Shown here: piece after piece, positions 13,001 through 23,958 of the stretch
Numbering within the stretch: the stretch's first letter is position 1
Layout: every line of letters starts with the position of its first letter
DNA from: Rebecca billardiae RCC1528
Lineage: Eukaryota; Protista; Haptophyta
Direction of reading: 5' to 3'
Assembly (NCBI GenBank): GCA_965240325.2
Contig: OZ251233.1
Coordinates: 992,001 to 1,056,000 of the forward strand
DNA: 64,000 bases
Program-made: the position numbers and the translations under genes
Notes under the pieces: model-generated
What the model was told of the DNA's origin: nothing
What the model saw: the letters and a program-made list of their open reading frames with translations, nothing else
The model's database searches: none

Positions 13001-13939
13001 GCGCCCAGCGCCCAGGCCCCTCGGGCGCGCACCACCGAGCTGCCAGCTGCAGCGCCTGCCGCAGCCCGCGGTGGCACCATCCCCGCTGCTGCCGCCGCAC
13101 TCGGCGCGGAGTCGAGCGCAGCTGCTGCAGCCCAAGCTGGGCGCGGGCACAGCAGCGTCGGATGACAGCGGCTCCAGCGCGCTGGGCGATGCGAGAGGCG
13201 TCATCGCGCTCGGTGCGCCCGGCGCCCAGGCCCATCGGGCAGGCACCACCGAGCTGCCAGCTGCAGCGCCCGCCGTCGCCCGCCGTGGTACCATCCCTGC
13301 AGCTGTGCGGCCGCATCAGCAGCGTGGAGTTGAGTGCCGCCGCTGTTGGCGCGGGTGCTTGAATCAGCACCGGATGGTTGGTCCTGCACGTCTGAGCACA
13401 GGCATGCACCAACTGCTCTCCTGGATGCGTTGAGATACCAGGGCTCACTATCCGTGATCCGTGCTCAGCCTCTCAGCCTCGCTGAGCAGAGGACACTGGA
13501 CAGCATCACCTCGCCCGCTCGCAGATGCGGCTGTGCCGTCTCCTTGCTGTCCGACAGCAAGTAGAGGACAGCGCATGCCAGCACCAGCGGGCACAGCCGA
13601 TGCGTGTTCGGTGCCTGTGAGAGTTCGCCGCAGCTCGGCCGTCACTGCATGGTGAGCGATGATGAGATGAGTGGCAGCACTGTTCACGACTGCAGTGAGC
13701 AAGGGTGATGTGCACCGGTGTGGAGGCATGTACAAACGTACAGGCAGCCCCTGCTGCTTGCCCCTTCCTTCTCGACCTTGATCGCTTCCTCGACGCGCTG
13801 CTCCCACGCATGAGCTCTGCGACGCCGTCGGCCCTGCCCACCGACGGCTCACAGGCGGTGACGCCCCGCCTGGGCTGTGAACAGCTGCCCCATGCTGAGC
13901 CCAGGCTGCCCAGCCCCAATTGCAGCAAACCACAAGCAG

Positions 13940-15362
13940 AGGCTCCGCCAGCGGAGCTCAGTTCAAGTTGAATACGTCCGTGAGCTCCGCCAGCGGAGGT
14001 TGAGTGTCAATATGGATAGTATTACGGTTAACGACTTCGCATTACTCCAATATGACATTCGGCGCCACCAAAGCTCCGCCAGCGGAGCTCAGCTCAAGTC
14101 AAGTCGTGGGCCAGATGTCGATAAGGACATTCGGCGCAGCCGAGGCTCCGCCAGCGGAGCTCAGTTCAAGTTGAATAGGCCCGCGAGCTCCGCCAGCGGA
14201 GGTTGAGTGTCAATATGGATATGATTACGGTAGTTAACGGCTTTGCATTACTCCAATATGACATGCGGCGCCACCAAAGCTCCGCCAGCGGAGCTCAGCT
14301 CAAGTCAAGACGTGGGCCATCGATAAGGACATTCGGCGGAGCCGAGGCTCCGCCAGCGGAGCTCAGTTCAAGTCGAATAGGTCCGTGAGCTCCGCCAGCG
14401 GAGGTTGAGTATCAATATGGATATATGATTACGGTTGACGGCTTCGCATTACTCCAATATGATATGCGGCGCCACCAAAGCTCCGCCAGCGGAGCTCAGC
14501 TCAAGTCGAATAGGTCCGTGAGCTCCGCCAGCGGAGGTTGAGTGTCAATATGGATATGATTATGGTTAACGGCTTCACATTATTCCCATAAATGGCATGC
14601 TGCGCCACCAAAGCTCCGCCAGCGGAGCTCAGCTCAAGTCAAGACGTCGGCCATCGATAAGGACATTCGACACAGCCGAGGCTCCGCCAGCGGAGCTCAG
14701 TTAAAGTTGAATACTAGTAGGTCCGCGAGCTCCGCCAGCGGAGGTTGAGTCTCAATATAGATATGACTACGGTTGACGCTTCCGCGTTACTCCAATATGG
14801 CATGCGGCGCCACCAAAGCTCCGCCAGGGGAGCTCAGCTCAAGTCGAGAGTGGGTCATCGATTAAGGACATTAGGACATTCGGCGCAGCCGAGGCTCCAC
14901 CAGTGGAGCTCAGTTCAAGTCGAATAGGCCAGTGAGCTCCGCCAGCGGAGGTTGAATGTGTGGCACAGCGCAGAGTATGAATGCGTTGAAAGGCTTAGCA
15001 TTATTTCTCCAATATGACACACGGCGCTGACCACCGACGCTCCGCCAGCGGAGCTCAGTTCAAGTCAGGTGGGTCATCAAGAATGGCATTCGGCGCCCCC
15101 GAAGCTCCGCCAGCGGAGCTCAGTTCAAGTGCCGAGTGTATTAGTTTACAAAGGCATGGCTCATTAGCGAGCTCCACCAGCGGAGGTGACTGCTGTTCGG
15201 TGGTTGACAGACTTCTGGTATAACTAGTTTGTTGTGTCAATCCTGCAAGCCCAGGCTCCGCCAGCGGAGCATTCCATGCTCCGCCAGCGGGGATTTTTCG
15301 TGGCCACAAAAATCTCCGCCGGCGGAGGGTCTGGGTCTTGCCCGATGCTCCGCTGGCGGGGA
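13940..15362 (-). repeat. Mirror subterminal CTCCGCCAGCGGAG array (right arm, about one unit shorter)
   Basis: Reverse complement of 8419-10040. Confidence 0.9.
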
Positions 15363-16084
15363 TTTTTTGTAGTGACTGCCCTGGCGCCGCCCACCTTTTG
15401 TCCACCGGCCACCCGGGATTGGCCCTACAAGTTACAAGTACGACGGGGCCGGCTTCGACCCATTCGACGGTATGATGATTTAACGACACAGGTAGGGGGC
15501 CGCGCCGGGCGGTTTTTTCAATATGACCCCCGCGTGCGCAAAATAATGCAAACCGGCAAACAGCGCGCTCGGTACGCCGACATGCAGTTTGAAACAGTGA
15601 GTAGTATATGACCCATATGCACATGCACTTTGTCAAAACAATACGGCCCTTGGACCGGCGACCAAGTTTTCAATAGCGTCGATGACACGATGACTAAACT
15701 TTACTGACAATGTGACGGCCTTCGATCTTCGACCCCACGGCCGTCCAACGACATACGCGGAATGACCTTGGGCGCGGCCTTTTAAGCTGTGATGGACAGC
15801 AATACCCCCCTCAAAAAATCGAATAAAACTCACCCTCCAACAGCCCTAAAATCGTCCCCCGTCCCCTTTTCTTTGATCAAAAGATCTTTTTGACAACGTA
15901 GTGAGGGCCCCCGGCGGGGCTCCACGCTACGCGCTCCGCCCTGCACCGCGGGCCATTAAAGTCAACCAAGCTCGGTGGAGCGCGGACTGAAGATGTGAGA
16001 TGTAGTCACTGCCACCGATCGTGTCCGATCGCGCCGGCCCGTGGTGCTGTGGAGTGGTGCAGAGCCAGAATTTACTCAGTTAGA

Positions 16085-17193
16085 CTACTCGGCGCCCGAT
16101 GACGACTTGCCGGCGCTGTAGGCGGTGTGGTGTGAGCCGGTGCTCGCCTGCTCGTACGTCCCCGCTGACGCAGAGAGCGTCGGCGAGAACACGAGCTGCT
16201 GGTGTAGTTCGCCGCCCGCCTCGAACGCGGACGTCTGGCAGCACGGCGCGCAGCACGGCGAGAACCAGAACGGCATCGGCTTCTTGCGCAGCACGACGAG
16301 CGCGACCACGACGGGGACGACGTCTGCGGGCAGACGGCGCGGCGGCCGCGGCGGGAGAGCCACGCGCGGGCGGCGTGAGCGTGGCAGCCGCGCGCGGGCC
16401 TGCGTGCGCGTCGCGCGCGCGCACCGGGCAGGTAGTAGCCGAAGAGCAAGTAGTGCGCTGGGTGCACCTCAAAGCCGAGCGGCAGCGACGAGCCGAGGCA
16501 CAGCGCGCGCAGCGCGAAGCAGACGCAGAAGACGTGCCACGCGACGTTGATCTTGTTGAATTTGACCGAGACGTACGTGCCCAGCGTCGGGTCCGCCGCC
16601 GCCGCCGCGAGCTGCACGAACTTCATCGAGAGCACCATGCCAAACACGGCGGCCGCGATCGTGAGCACGACCGCAAATGCGACCAGCAGCGCGACGCTGA
16701 GGCACGTGAGCGCGGCGAGCCGCGCGTCGCCGCCGTCGGCGTCCCTGCCAAAGCCGGCGAGGTGCACCGCCGCGTACAGACCCGCGTGCGCCGCCCAGTT
16801 GATCGTGTTCAGCCCGACGAACGCGCGCCTCGCCGTGAGCATCGGGGCGCTCGACCTGTACGAGATGGCCGTCACGTTCGCCCAGCCGAAGATGACCATG
16901 GAGAAGGCGTTGTGTCCGAGGCAGAGGGCAAGACGGTTGAGCCCAGACACGCCGGGCGAGAGGAACTCGTCCACGCTCAGCGTGCCGTCGACGGGCGAGC
17001 GCGCGAGCGTGCCGAGCCACGCGAGCCTCACCGCGCACAGCAGCGCGTAGAAGTAGTACGAGTACCTCCGGGTCGAGCGCTTCCAGACGCCATGGCGGTG
17101 GATGCTCCAAGCCGTCCACCCGAGCGACAGCGCGAGCGTCCCGCCGTACAGCACGTACCCCGCCACCAGCACGGGGCCCGGCTGGCCAGGCAT
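16085..17193 (-). CDS. Multi-pass membrane protein, TOM1/TOM3/THH1- or GPCR-like; exons 17193-16425 and 16323-16085
   Basis: ATG at 17193 (MPGQPGPVLVAGY...), about 7 hydrophobic segments. A GT-AG intron at 16424-16324 joins YYLP to DVVPVVVALVVLRKK in frame. Family assignment rests on topology only. Confidence 0.75.
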
Positions 17194-17415
17194 GGTGGCC
17201 GTGCCGGGCGACCTTGACTCCCTCCGGCTCGGCTGCACAGCAGGCAGGGCCGCACGGCGGCCTTGCTCCACACGTGCTGGACAAGATGATTGGCCCGCCG
17301 GCGCTGCGAATGCACAGCGTGACGACTGACGATTGAGATTTCCAGATTTGAAGTCAGAAGAAGTCCTCCGGCGCAGTGGCGAGCATTTTTTCCGGACGCG
17401 ATCAGTGGCGCAGCA

Positions 17416-18924
17416 ATGGCGCCGACTACGGCTGGCGCTCCGAGGAGAGCGCGCGTCCTCCTCGCGGGCGTGGTGTTGTGCGCCCAGGCGCGGCCGGATC
17501 GTGCCGCCCTCGCTGACGCGCCCAGCTCGGCGCCCATCCCGAGCTACCGGCTGTACGTGACGACCAGCCTGCGCACGGTCGAGAGCGCGCGCGCGTCGCT
17601 CGAGACGTGGAACAGCCCGCCGAGCTCGCGTGTGTTTTACATGCTCGGGCGGGAGGCACGCGGGCAGGTGGAGAGCGCGCTTGCCGCGGCCGAACCGTCG
17701 CAGCTCGTGTTCCTCGCGGTCGGCGACCAGGAGCCCGCGCGGAAGGACCTCGCCATCTGGGGCTACGCGTTCGCCAACCACTACGCAGCAGGCACTGACC
17801 GCGCCGCGCCGTCGTGGTTCGGGCGCGTGGACGACGACTGCTACGTCGTCGTGCCGCGGCTGGAGGGCCTGCTCGCCGCGCTCCCTGACGGCCACGCCGA
17901 GCGCGTCGTCGCCGGCACCCTCTTCTGGATCCCTGGAGCGCCCGGCCACAACCGGCACACGCGCGCGCTCGACTGGACTGGGCACAAGGTGAGCTTCGAT
18001 GATCGCGGGCGTGCGCTGCCGTGGCCCGGGCGGCAGGTTCGGTTCGCAGTCGGGCGCGGCGAGATCCTGTACTACCCGGCAGGCGGCGTGGGCACGCTGG
18101 TCTCGAGCGTCGCGCTCGCGCACGCGCGCGGCTTCGAGCCCGCGTGCGCGCGCACGTACGCGCGCCTGAACGCGACTGGCTGCCCGGCGCATGCGGTGGC
18201 GGGCTGGAAGCGCGACGGCTTCGCCGAGACGCCGGGCTCGGGCATGCTTGGGCATGGGGAGGAGGGCTCGTTCCTGCACCGCCTCATGTGCCTCTCGCGT
18301 TACAAGAGCCTCCCTCGCGTGCGCTCGGCGGCCAACCGGACGCGCCCTGGGCGCGCACTCCGCCGCTCGACCGGTCCGAAGCCGCCGCCTGATGAGAAGC
18401 TGCGCGGGCGCTTCACCGATGCCTTCTTCGGCTACTGCGTGCAGCAGCTGCACGGCCTGCGCACGCGGCACGTGGGCTGGCTGCCGCGGAGCTCGAAGCT
18501 CCAGTACGACCTGCTGCTGCAGGGTGGGCAGAAGCGCGTGCTGCGCGCGAAGCAGCGCGACGCCGCCCCAGACACGCTGCCGCCGTGGATGGTGGCCCTC
18601 CACGGCATCAAGGGCGCGCACGAGATGCGGGCGGCGCACCGCGCGTTTGTGCGCGCGCTGAGCGGGGCGAACGGCACGGAGCAGCTGGGCAACCGCAGCT
18701 TGCTGGGGACCGCGCGGCCATCCGAGCGCGGAGCTGCGGAAGAGGCTGCAGGCTCAGCGCAACCAGCGGAGTCAACGGGCGACATACCCGGCGCGACCGC
18801 GCTGATCCGAAGCGCCGCCGGCGCGCTCCCCGGGCCAGCCCACGGGCGCGTGATGCTCAACCCGGCGCCGTTCGAGCTCGCAAACCCTCTGCTGGCCACG
18901 CCGATGTACTATCAAGCAAGCTGA
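17416..18924 (+). CDS. Secreted/Golgi glycosyltransferase, GT31/Fringe-like
   Basis: N-terminal signal-like segment; motif SWFGRVDDDCYVVVPRLEGLL; YYPAGGVGTLVS resembles the GGAG motif. Confidence 0.75.
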   Translation: MAPTTAGAPRRARVLLAGVVLCAQARPDRAALADAPSSAPIPSYRLYVTTSLRTVESARASLETWNSPPSSRVFYMLGREARGQVESALAAAEPSQLVFLAVGDQEPARKDLAIWGYAFANHYAAGTDRAAPSWFGRVDDDCYVVVPRLEGLLAALPDGHAERVVAGTLFWIPGAPGHNRHTRALDWTGHKVSFDDRGRALPWPGRQVRFAVGRGEILYYPAGGVGTLVSSVALAHARGFEPACARTYARLNATGCPAHAVAGWKRDGFAETPGSGMLGHGEEGSFLHRLMCLSRYKSLPRVRSAANRTRPGRALRRSTGPKPPPDEKLRGRFTDAFFGYCVQQLHGLRTRHVGWLPRSSKLQYDLLLQGGQKRVLRAKQRDAAPDTLPPWMVALHGIKGAHEMRAAHRAFVRALSGANGTEQLGNRSLLGTARPSERGAAEEAAGSAQPAESTGDIPGATALIRSAAGALPGPAHGRVMLNPAPFELANPLLATPMYYQAS

Positions 18925-19408
18925 TAATCCGAATCGCCGGGGCCCGTCTTCGTCGGACGGTGCCGTGTCATAGTTATTGATGTAGTACTAGTATAAAGCA
19001 GTTATTATTCCGGCAGTGGGCAGATCGTGTCATCACTCATCGTCACCTGCGGCGGCGCCGATTCATTCATCATCATTGAAGAGCGCGGCCTGATCTGCAT
19101 GAGCCAGGTGCACTGATGATCTGAGTCACCGCCGTCACCGGGACCGGGGACTCGGCGGGTCGAGTGCATCATTGCGTCGGGACGTAGTAGTAGTGCAGCA
19201 AATACTTCGACGCTTGGCGCCGGCGACGCAGCCGACGACAGCGTGGTACATTGGATCAGCAACATCCTGTGACATTGCCCGTGCTGGCGTGTCTGACTGA
19301 CTGTCTGAGGCCAGTTAAACAGCATTGGGGCTCCCAGTCCGGTCTGAGAAGACAAAATCATCGTGAGAGGCGTCGTCGCCCCGGTGCAAAGCGCATCGAG
19401 ACGTCGTG

Positions 19409-20398
19409 ATGGCGCCGCACCACGTGGTGCTCGCGTCGCTACTGGCGTTCGCTCCGCCGGGGCGACCGATCACCGATGCTCCGCGCGCGCGGCTCGCACG
19501 GCCCGCCGCCGTTAGGACGAGCGTGCGCGCCGCCACGGACGCTGCCGAAGGCTCGGAGCCCCCCGCCATGTCGATCCTCGACCTCGAGCAGTTCAGCAAA
19601 GTGAAGCGCGCGGCCGACGTGGTGGCCGTCGCGGCGCAGCGGGCGAAGGGGCGGGGGAAGGAGGCGAACGACGTGCTGATCCGCGAGTTGATCAGCTCTT
19701 CGGACATCAACGCCGCGATCCAGCTGCACTACGACTGGGTCAGCTCCATCAAGTTCCTCCGCGGGCTGCAGGTGCGGATTGAGAAGGCGACGGCCGACAA
19801 GCGCAAGCGCGCGCAGCTCGAGCAGCTGATGGCGCAGGTGCGCGCGGAGATCCAGGCGCGGATGGACACCGCGTCGCGGCTCATCAGCGCAAGCCTGCCC
19901 ATGCTCGCGAGCACCCCGCTCGCCATGCGCGTGCTCGCGCGCCGCGGTCTCCTCGACGAGGCGCTCGTGCTCATGCTTGTCGCAAACGCCGAGCGCGCGG
20001 CGACGCTCGCGAAGGAGCGCGAGCGCGGGGCGGGCGCGGGCGGCGCGGCGGACGACGGCAGCGCCGCGCGGTTGTGCACGCTGCTCCAGCGCCTGGCGCA
20101 GGACGCCATGCGCGAGCTCGACCTGCCTGTCGCCGCCGAGCTGATCATCCTGCGGCGGCTGCTACAGACCCGAGCGCCGAGCGCGCGCCGCGAGCTCGCC
20201 TCGCGAGCAGCTGCAGGCGACCGGCTCGTCACGGACCAGCCCGTGGACGTCGAGAAGATGCTCGAGGTGGTGCGCGAGTTCCGGGCGATGGAGGAGAACG
20301 AGAGCGAGCCCGACCGCGAGGCGGCGCAGAAGCTGGGCGTGATCGAGCGCGAGCTGGCAGCGCTCTTGCGCGACGGCACAAACGGTGCTGCCATGTGA
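19409..20398 (+). CDS. Probable plastid-targeted helical protein of unknown function
   Basis: ATG at 19409, signal-plus-transit-like N-terminus (VLASLLAFAPP...), strong GC3 bias, helical core LLDEALVLML...ELIILRRLLQT. Confidence 0.75.
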   Translation: MAPHHVVLASLLAFAPPGRPITDAPRARLARPAAVRTSVRAATDAAEGSEPPAMSILDLEQFSKVKRAADVVAVAAQRAKGRGKEANDVLIRELISSSDINAAIQLHYDWVSSIKFLRGLQVRIEKATADKRKRAQLEQLMAQVRAEIQARMDTASRLISASLPMLASTPLAMRVLARRGLLDEALVLMLVANAERAATLAKERERGAGAGGAADDGSAARLCTLLQRLAQDAMRELDLPVAAELIILRRLLQTRAPSARRELASRAAAGDRLVTDQPVDVEKMLEVVREFRAMEENESEPDREAAQKLGVIERELAALLRDGTNGAAM

Positions 20399-20699
20399 GC
20401 GCGCCAAGTCTGGTGGAGCATCTACATATGATGCACTGCACAGTCCACCGTGGCAGACGGCTGACTGAGGTGCCCGCCGCGAAGCAGTGCTGAAGTACGA
20501 CGTTTCTTATTATTGCACGACGTGCCGACAGCAATAATAAGTAGTATATATATGATCGGCTACGCCGATCTTCGGGTAGTAAACAACGAAGTTGAGGGCG
20601 CACGGCCCTGGTATCTAGGGTCTATCCTGCCATTTTTGCAGGAATCTGGAGTTTCCAGGAAGAGTGCGGGAAGCTGTAAGTGGGCGCGCACGCGCGCGC

Positions 20700-20722
20700 G
20701 CTCTGATTGGCCGACGTGACAC
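20700..20722 (+). promoter_or_regulatory. Possible promoter motifs (inverted CCAAT, GACGTGAC) upstream of the primase ORF
   Basis: CTGATTGGCCGACGTGAC inside the left end of the element. Short motifs only. Confidence 0.25.
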
Positions 20723-20755
20723 GCCCGATTCCTCGTCATCCCTAGCTGTTGAGCG

Positions 20756-22399
20756 GTGCAGTCGGGCCCACCCGACCACGGCCGCCGTGCTGGCGGGCGG
20801 CACCCGACCACGGCCGCTGTGCTTGGCGGGCCACCTGACCGCCCGACCCGACCCGACTACCCGACTGCCAGTGCCACGCCGCGCCAAGACCCCCCCCCCC
20901 CCACCCGACCGCCCGACCCGACCCGACCGCCCGACTGCCACGCCGGTCCGGGGCTAGTCCGGACCAGCCCGGGCCATGGCCGCCGGGCGCCGCGCCAAGA
21001 CCCCCCCCCGACCCGACCCGACCACCCGACTGCCTCGGACTGCCACGCCCGGCCGCCCGTGCTACCACCGGCCGGGGCAAATCGCGCGCGCGCCGGCGGC
21101 GACGAGCCGTGCACCCACGAGATTGTGTTCCTCCGCGACGCCGACGGCCACAGGGTGGGCGGTCGGCTGCACGTGCCGAGCGCCTCTCTGCCGCGGCTGG
21201 ACGCGCTCGTCGCGTCGTCGTACGCGCTGCTTGGCGCGCGCGCGCCCATGGTCGTCGAGACGTTCGGCGCGCGCGCGCGGTTCGGCGTCGACGTGGATCT
21301 GCGCTTCTCCCGCATGCCCTCGTACGACGCCCTCGCCGCGCTGCTCGTCGACCTCTACGACGCGGCAGACGCTGCGTTCCACGGCGTGCCCCGTCCCGCG
21401 CGCGGCCACGCCGTGCACGTCTCGGCGCGCGCGGCGACGCCCTCGCGCCTCGGGGTCGCCGCGGACGACGCCGGCCTGTTCCGCGCGGGCCTGCACGCCA
21501 CCTGGGGCGACAGTGCGGTCCTGAGCTCCTCGGAGGCGCAGCGCGTCGCGCGGGAGCTGGACGTGCGGCTGCAGGCGAGCCCTGTGCGCGCCCTCTTTGC
21601 CAAGGCCGAGGTCGATGGGTCGATCTACCGCTCCGGCTTGCGCTTGCCGTTCACGGCCAAGGCGGACGGCGGCCCGCCCTACCTGCCCGCCGCCGTCGTC
21701 GCTGCCGACGGCTCGGGCGTCGTGCGCTGCGCCTGGCTCTCGGCGCTGCCGGCCGGGCACGCCCTGCGGCAGCGCTGCGAGCCGGCGCGTTGGCTCGCGC
21801 TGACGCGGCTGCGCACCGAGCGCTTCGAGTTCGCCGCGAGCGCCGCGGCGGGCAGCGCCCGCCCCGGCGCGCCGGCGGCGGCGCGGCGTGCGCCGCCGTG
21901 CCCGCCGCCCCACCCGCAGGCGCCGCTCTGCGCGCGCGCCGCGGGGCGCGGCGCGCTCGTCGCGTGGCTCAACGCGCAGCTCGACGCGCACGCGGCCGGC
22001 GCAGGCGCCACCGGGCACTGGCCGCGCGTCCAGCGGGTGTACGCAGGGAGCACGCCGCACGGCCGCATCGCGACGTGCTCGACCACGAGCAGGTGGTGCG
22101 AGCGCAAGCGCGGCGAGCATGCGAGCAGGACCGTCTACTACGTCGCCAACGCCGACGGCATGGACCTGTGCTGCGGTGATCCCGTGTGCGTCGCCGCTGC
22201 TGGCGGCCGGCGCGGCGCGCGCGCCGTTCGCCTCCGGGGGCTGCCGTACCGCCATCTGCCCAGCGGCGCGTGCGCGCGCGGGTGCTGCGGCCCCGCGCAG
22301 CAGCCCGCCCGTGAGGCCGGCTGCGGCACCGCCGCGGCGCTGCCCGCCCCTGGCCAGACGTTTGCGGCGCCCTGCTCCGACGCCTTCGACGGAACTTAG
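20756..22399 (+). CDS. Archaeo-eukaryotic primase (NCLDV/herpes/PrimPol clade) with C-terminal Zn finger; true start uncertain
   Basis: AEP motifs I RFGVDVD, II GLHATW and III VDGSIYRSGLRLPFTAK. Zn finger SRWC-x5-EH...CCGDPVC, as in PrimPol/UL52/PBCV-1 A468R-like proteins. No introns. The domain begins near 21110; the upstream in-frame part is repeat translation from a GTG. Confidence 0.85.
   Translation: MQSGPPDHGRRAGGRHPTTAAVLGGPPDRPTRPDYPTASATPRQDPPPPTRPPDPTRPPDCHAGPGLVRTSPGHGRRAPRQDPPPTRPDHPTASDCHARPPVLPPAGANRARAGGDEPCTHEIVFLRDADGHRVGGRLHVPSASLPRLDALVASSYALLGARAPMVVETFGARARFGVDVDLRFSRMPSYDALAALLVDLYDAADAAFHGVPRPARGHAVHVSARAATPSRLGVAADDAGLFRAGLHATWGDSAVLSSSEAQRVARELDVRLQASPVRALFAKAEVDGSIYRSGLRLPFTAKADGGPPYLPAAVVAADGSGVVRCAWLSALPAGHALRQRCEPARWLALTRLRTERFEFAASAAAGSARPGAPAAARRAPPCPPPHPQAPLCARAAGRGALVAWLNAQLDAHAAGAGATGHWPRVQRVYAGSTPHGRIATCSTTSRWCERKRGEHASRTVYYVANADGMDLCCGDPVCVAAAGGRRGARAVRLRGLPYRHLPSGACARGCCGPAQQPAREAGCGTAAALPAPGQTFAAPCSDAFDGT
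20835..21096 (-). repeat. Inverted partial copy of the G-rich array (left inner arm of the primase element)
   Basis: CCCGACCCGACCCGAC..., CGCCAAGACCCCCCCC (twice) and GGGCTAGTCCGG. Approximate reverse complement of the array beginning near 23345. Confidence 0.9.
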
Positions 22400-22649
22400 C
22401 TGCTGCAGCTAGCTGCTCGGCCGCGCCACTTGTTAATGTTAGTCTGAGTTTAGAGTTAGGACGACGACGCGGCAATCAATAACTGCAACAGTCGCGTATC
22501 GGTCAGAATGCATCCTCAGCACACAGTGGTCAGTGCGGACGGGCAGACGACGTCAGCATTATTATATATTCAGAATTATACATATCGGAGTTGGTTGGAA
22601 GAAGCTGCGCGGCTGAGCGGTCGAACGCCTACGTGCCCACGATGATGCG

Positions 22650-23360
22650 GCGCCGGCGCCCCCACGCCCCCATTTGTCCACCCGGACAAGGCGCGCGCAC
22701 GGCGCGGCGGGCAGTCACGGTTGGCTCAGCCGGGCGGGCCGCTCGTGCGCGGCGCATCGACCCGTCTCCTCGCGCTCGGCGCCGCCCGCAGCGTGCGCGT
22801 CCGGCCACGCGCGCCGCGGTCGCGCGGCGAGCGCGCTGGCGACCGAGGTCGTCGGCCGCACGGCGCGCGCGCGCGCGCCACGCCCCCATTTGTCCACCCG
22901 GCGCGGCGCGCGCGCGCGCGCGGGGCCCGCGCGCGCGGCCAAGGTCGTCAGCCGTGCGACGGCGCGCGCGCGCGCGCCACGCCCCCATTTGTCCACCCGG
23001 CGCGGCGCGCGCGCTGCGCGGCGCGGCGACCCGTCCGTCCTCGCGCTGCGCCGCCCGCGGCGTGCGCACCCGGCCACGCGCGCCGCGGTCGCGCGGCGAG
23101 CGCGCTGGCGACCGAGGTCGTCGGCCGCGCGACGGCGCGCGCGCGCGCGCCACGCCCCCATTTGTCCACCCGGCGCGGCGCGCGCGCGGCGCGGCGCGGC
23201 GACCCGTCCGTCCTCGCGCTGCGCCGCCCGCGGCGTGCGCACCCGGCCACGCGCGCCGCGGTCGCGCGGCGAGCGCGCTGGCGACCGAGGTCGTCGGCCG
23301 CGCGACGGCGCGCGCGCGCGCGCCACGCCCCCATGTGTCCACCCAGCGCGGCGCGCGCGC
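22650..23360. repeat. Tandem repeat of ~100-220-bp units marked by CCACGCCCCCATTTGTCCACCC (5 copies)
   Basis: Motif near 22662, 22878, 22977, 23150 and 23323. Confidence 0.9.
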
Positions 23361-23394
23361 GTTGTGCCCCGGCCGGGCGGCCGGGGCGTGGCCC

Positions 23395-23923
23395 CGAGTC
23401 GGGCAGTCGGGTCGGGTCGGGCGGTCGGGTGGGGGGGGGGGGTCTTGGCGCGGCGCGGCGCGGCGGCCATGGCCCGGACTGGTCCGGACTAGCCCCGGAC
23501 TGGCGTGGCAGCCCCGGACTGGCATGGCAGTCGGGCAGTCGGGTCGGGTCGGGCGGTCGGGTGGGGGGGGGGGGTCTTGGCGCGGCGTGGCACTGGCAGT
23601 CGGGCGGTCGGGTCGGGTCGGGCGGTCGGGTGGGGGGGGGGGGGTCTTGGCGCGGCGGCGGCGGCGGCGGCCATGGCCCGGACTGGCCCGGACTAGCCCC
23701 GGACTGGCGTGGCAGTCGGGCGGTCGGGTCGGGTCGGGCGGTCGGGTGGGGGGGGGGGTCTTGGCGCGGCGTGGCACTGGCAGTCGGGCGGTCGGGTCGG
23801 GTCGGGCGGTCGGGTGGGGGGGGGGGTCTTGGCGCGGCGGCGGCGCGGCGGCCATGGCCCGGACTGGCCCGGACTAGCCCCGGACTGGCGTGGCAGTCGG
23901 GCGGTCGGGTCGGGTCGGGCGGT

Positions 23924-23958
<35 letters not shown>

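Larger units (their letters stand above)
8406..15374. mobile_element. CACTA (EnSpm/CMC)-ended foldback element, ~7 kb, non-autonomous, ~2.7-2.9-kb inverted arms
   Basis: Starts CACTACAAAAA (8406) and ends TTTTTGTAGTG (15374). Arms 8406-~11275 and ~12720-15374 are near-identical reverse complements with mirror ORFs in the track. Subterminal motif arrays are present. No transposase, and the flanks (AGT/ACT) are not a direct TSD. Confidence 0.8.
2499..15955 (-). mobile_element. Helentron/HLE2-like family A element, copy A2 (~13.5 kb if both ends belong to one element, with nested insertions)
   Basis: 15700-15955 matches the 5' end of copy A1 (28294-28531). 2499-3800 matches the 3' part of A1 (28657-30404) with a ~460-bp deletion. 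subTIRs at 15942-15954 and 2545-2557; hairpin GACCGCG-N3-CGCGGTC at 2503-2519. Orientation and order fit a single element. Confidence 0.55.
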
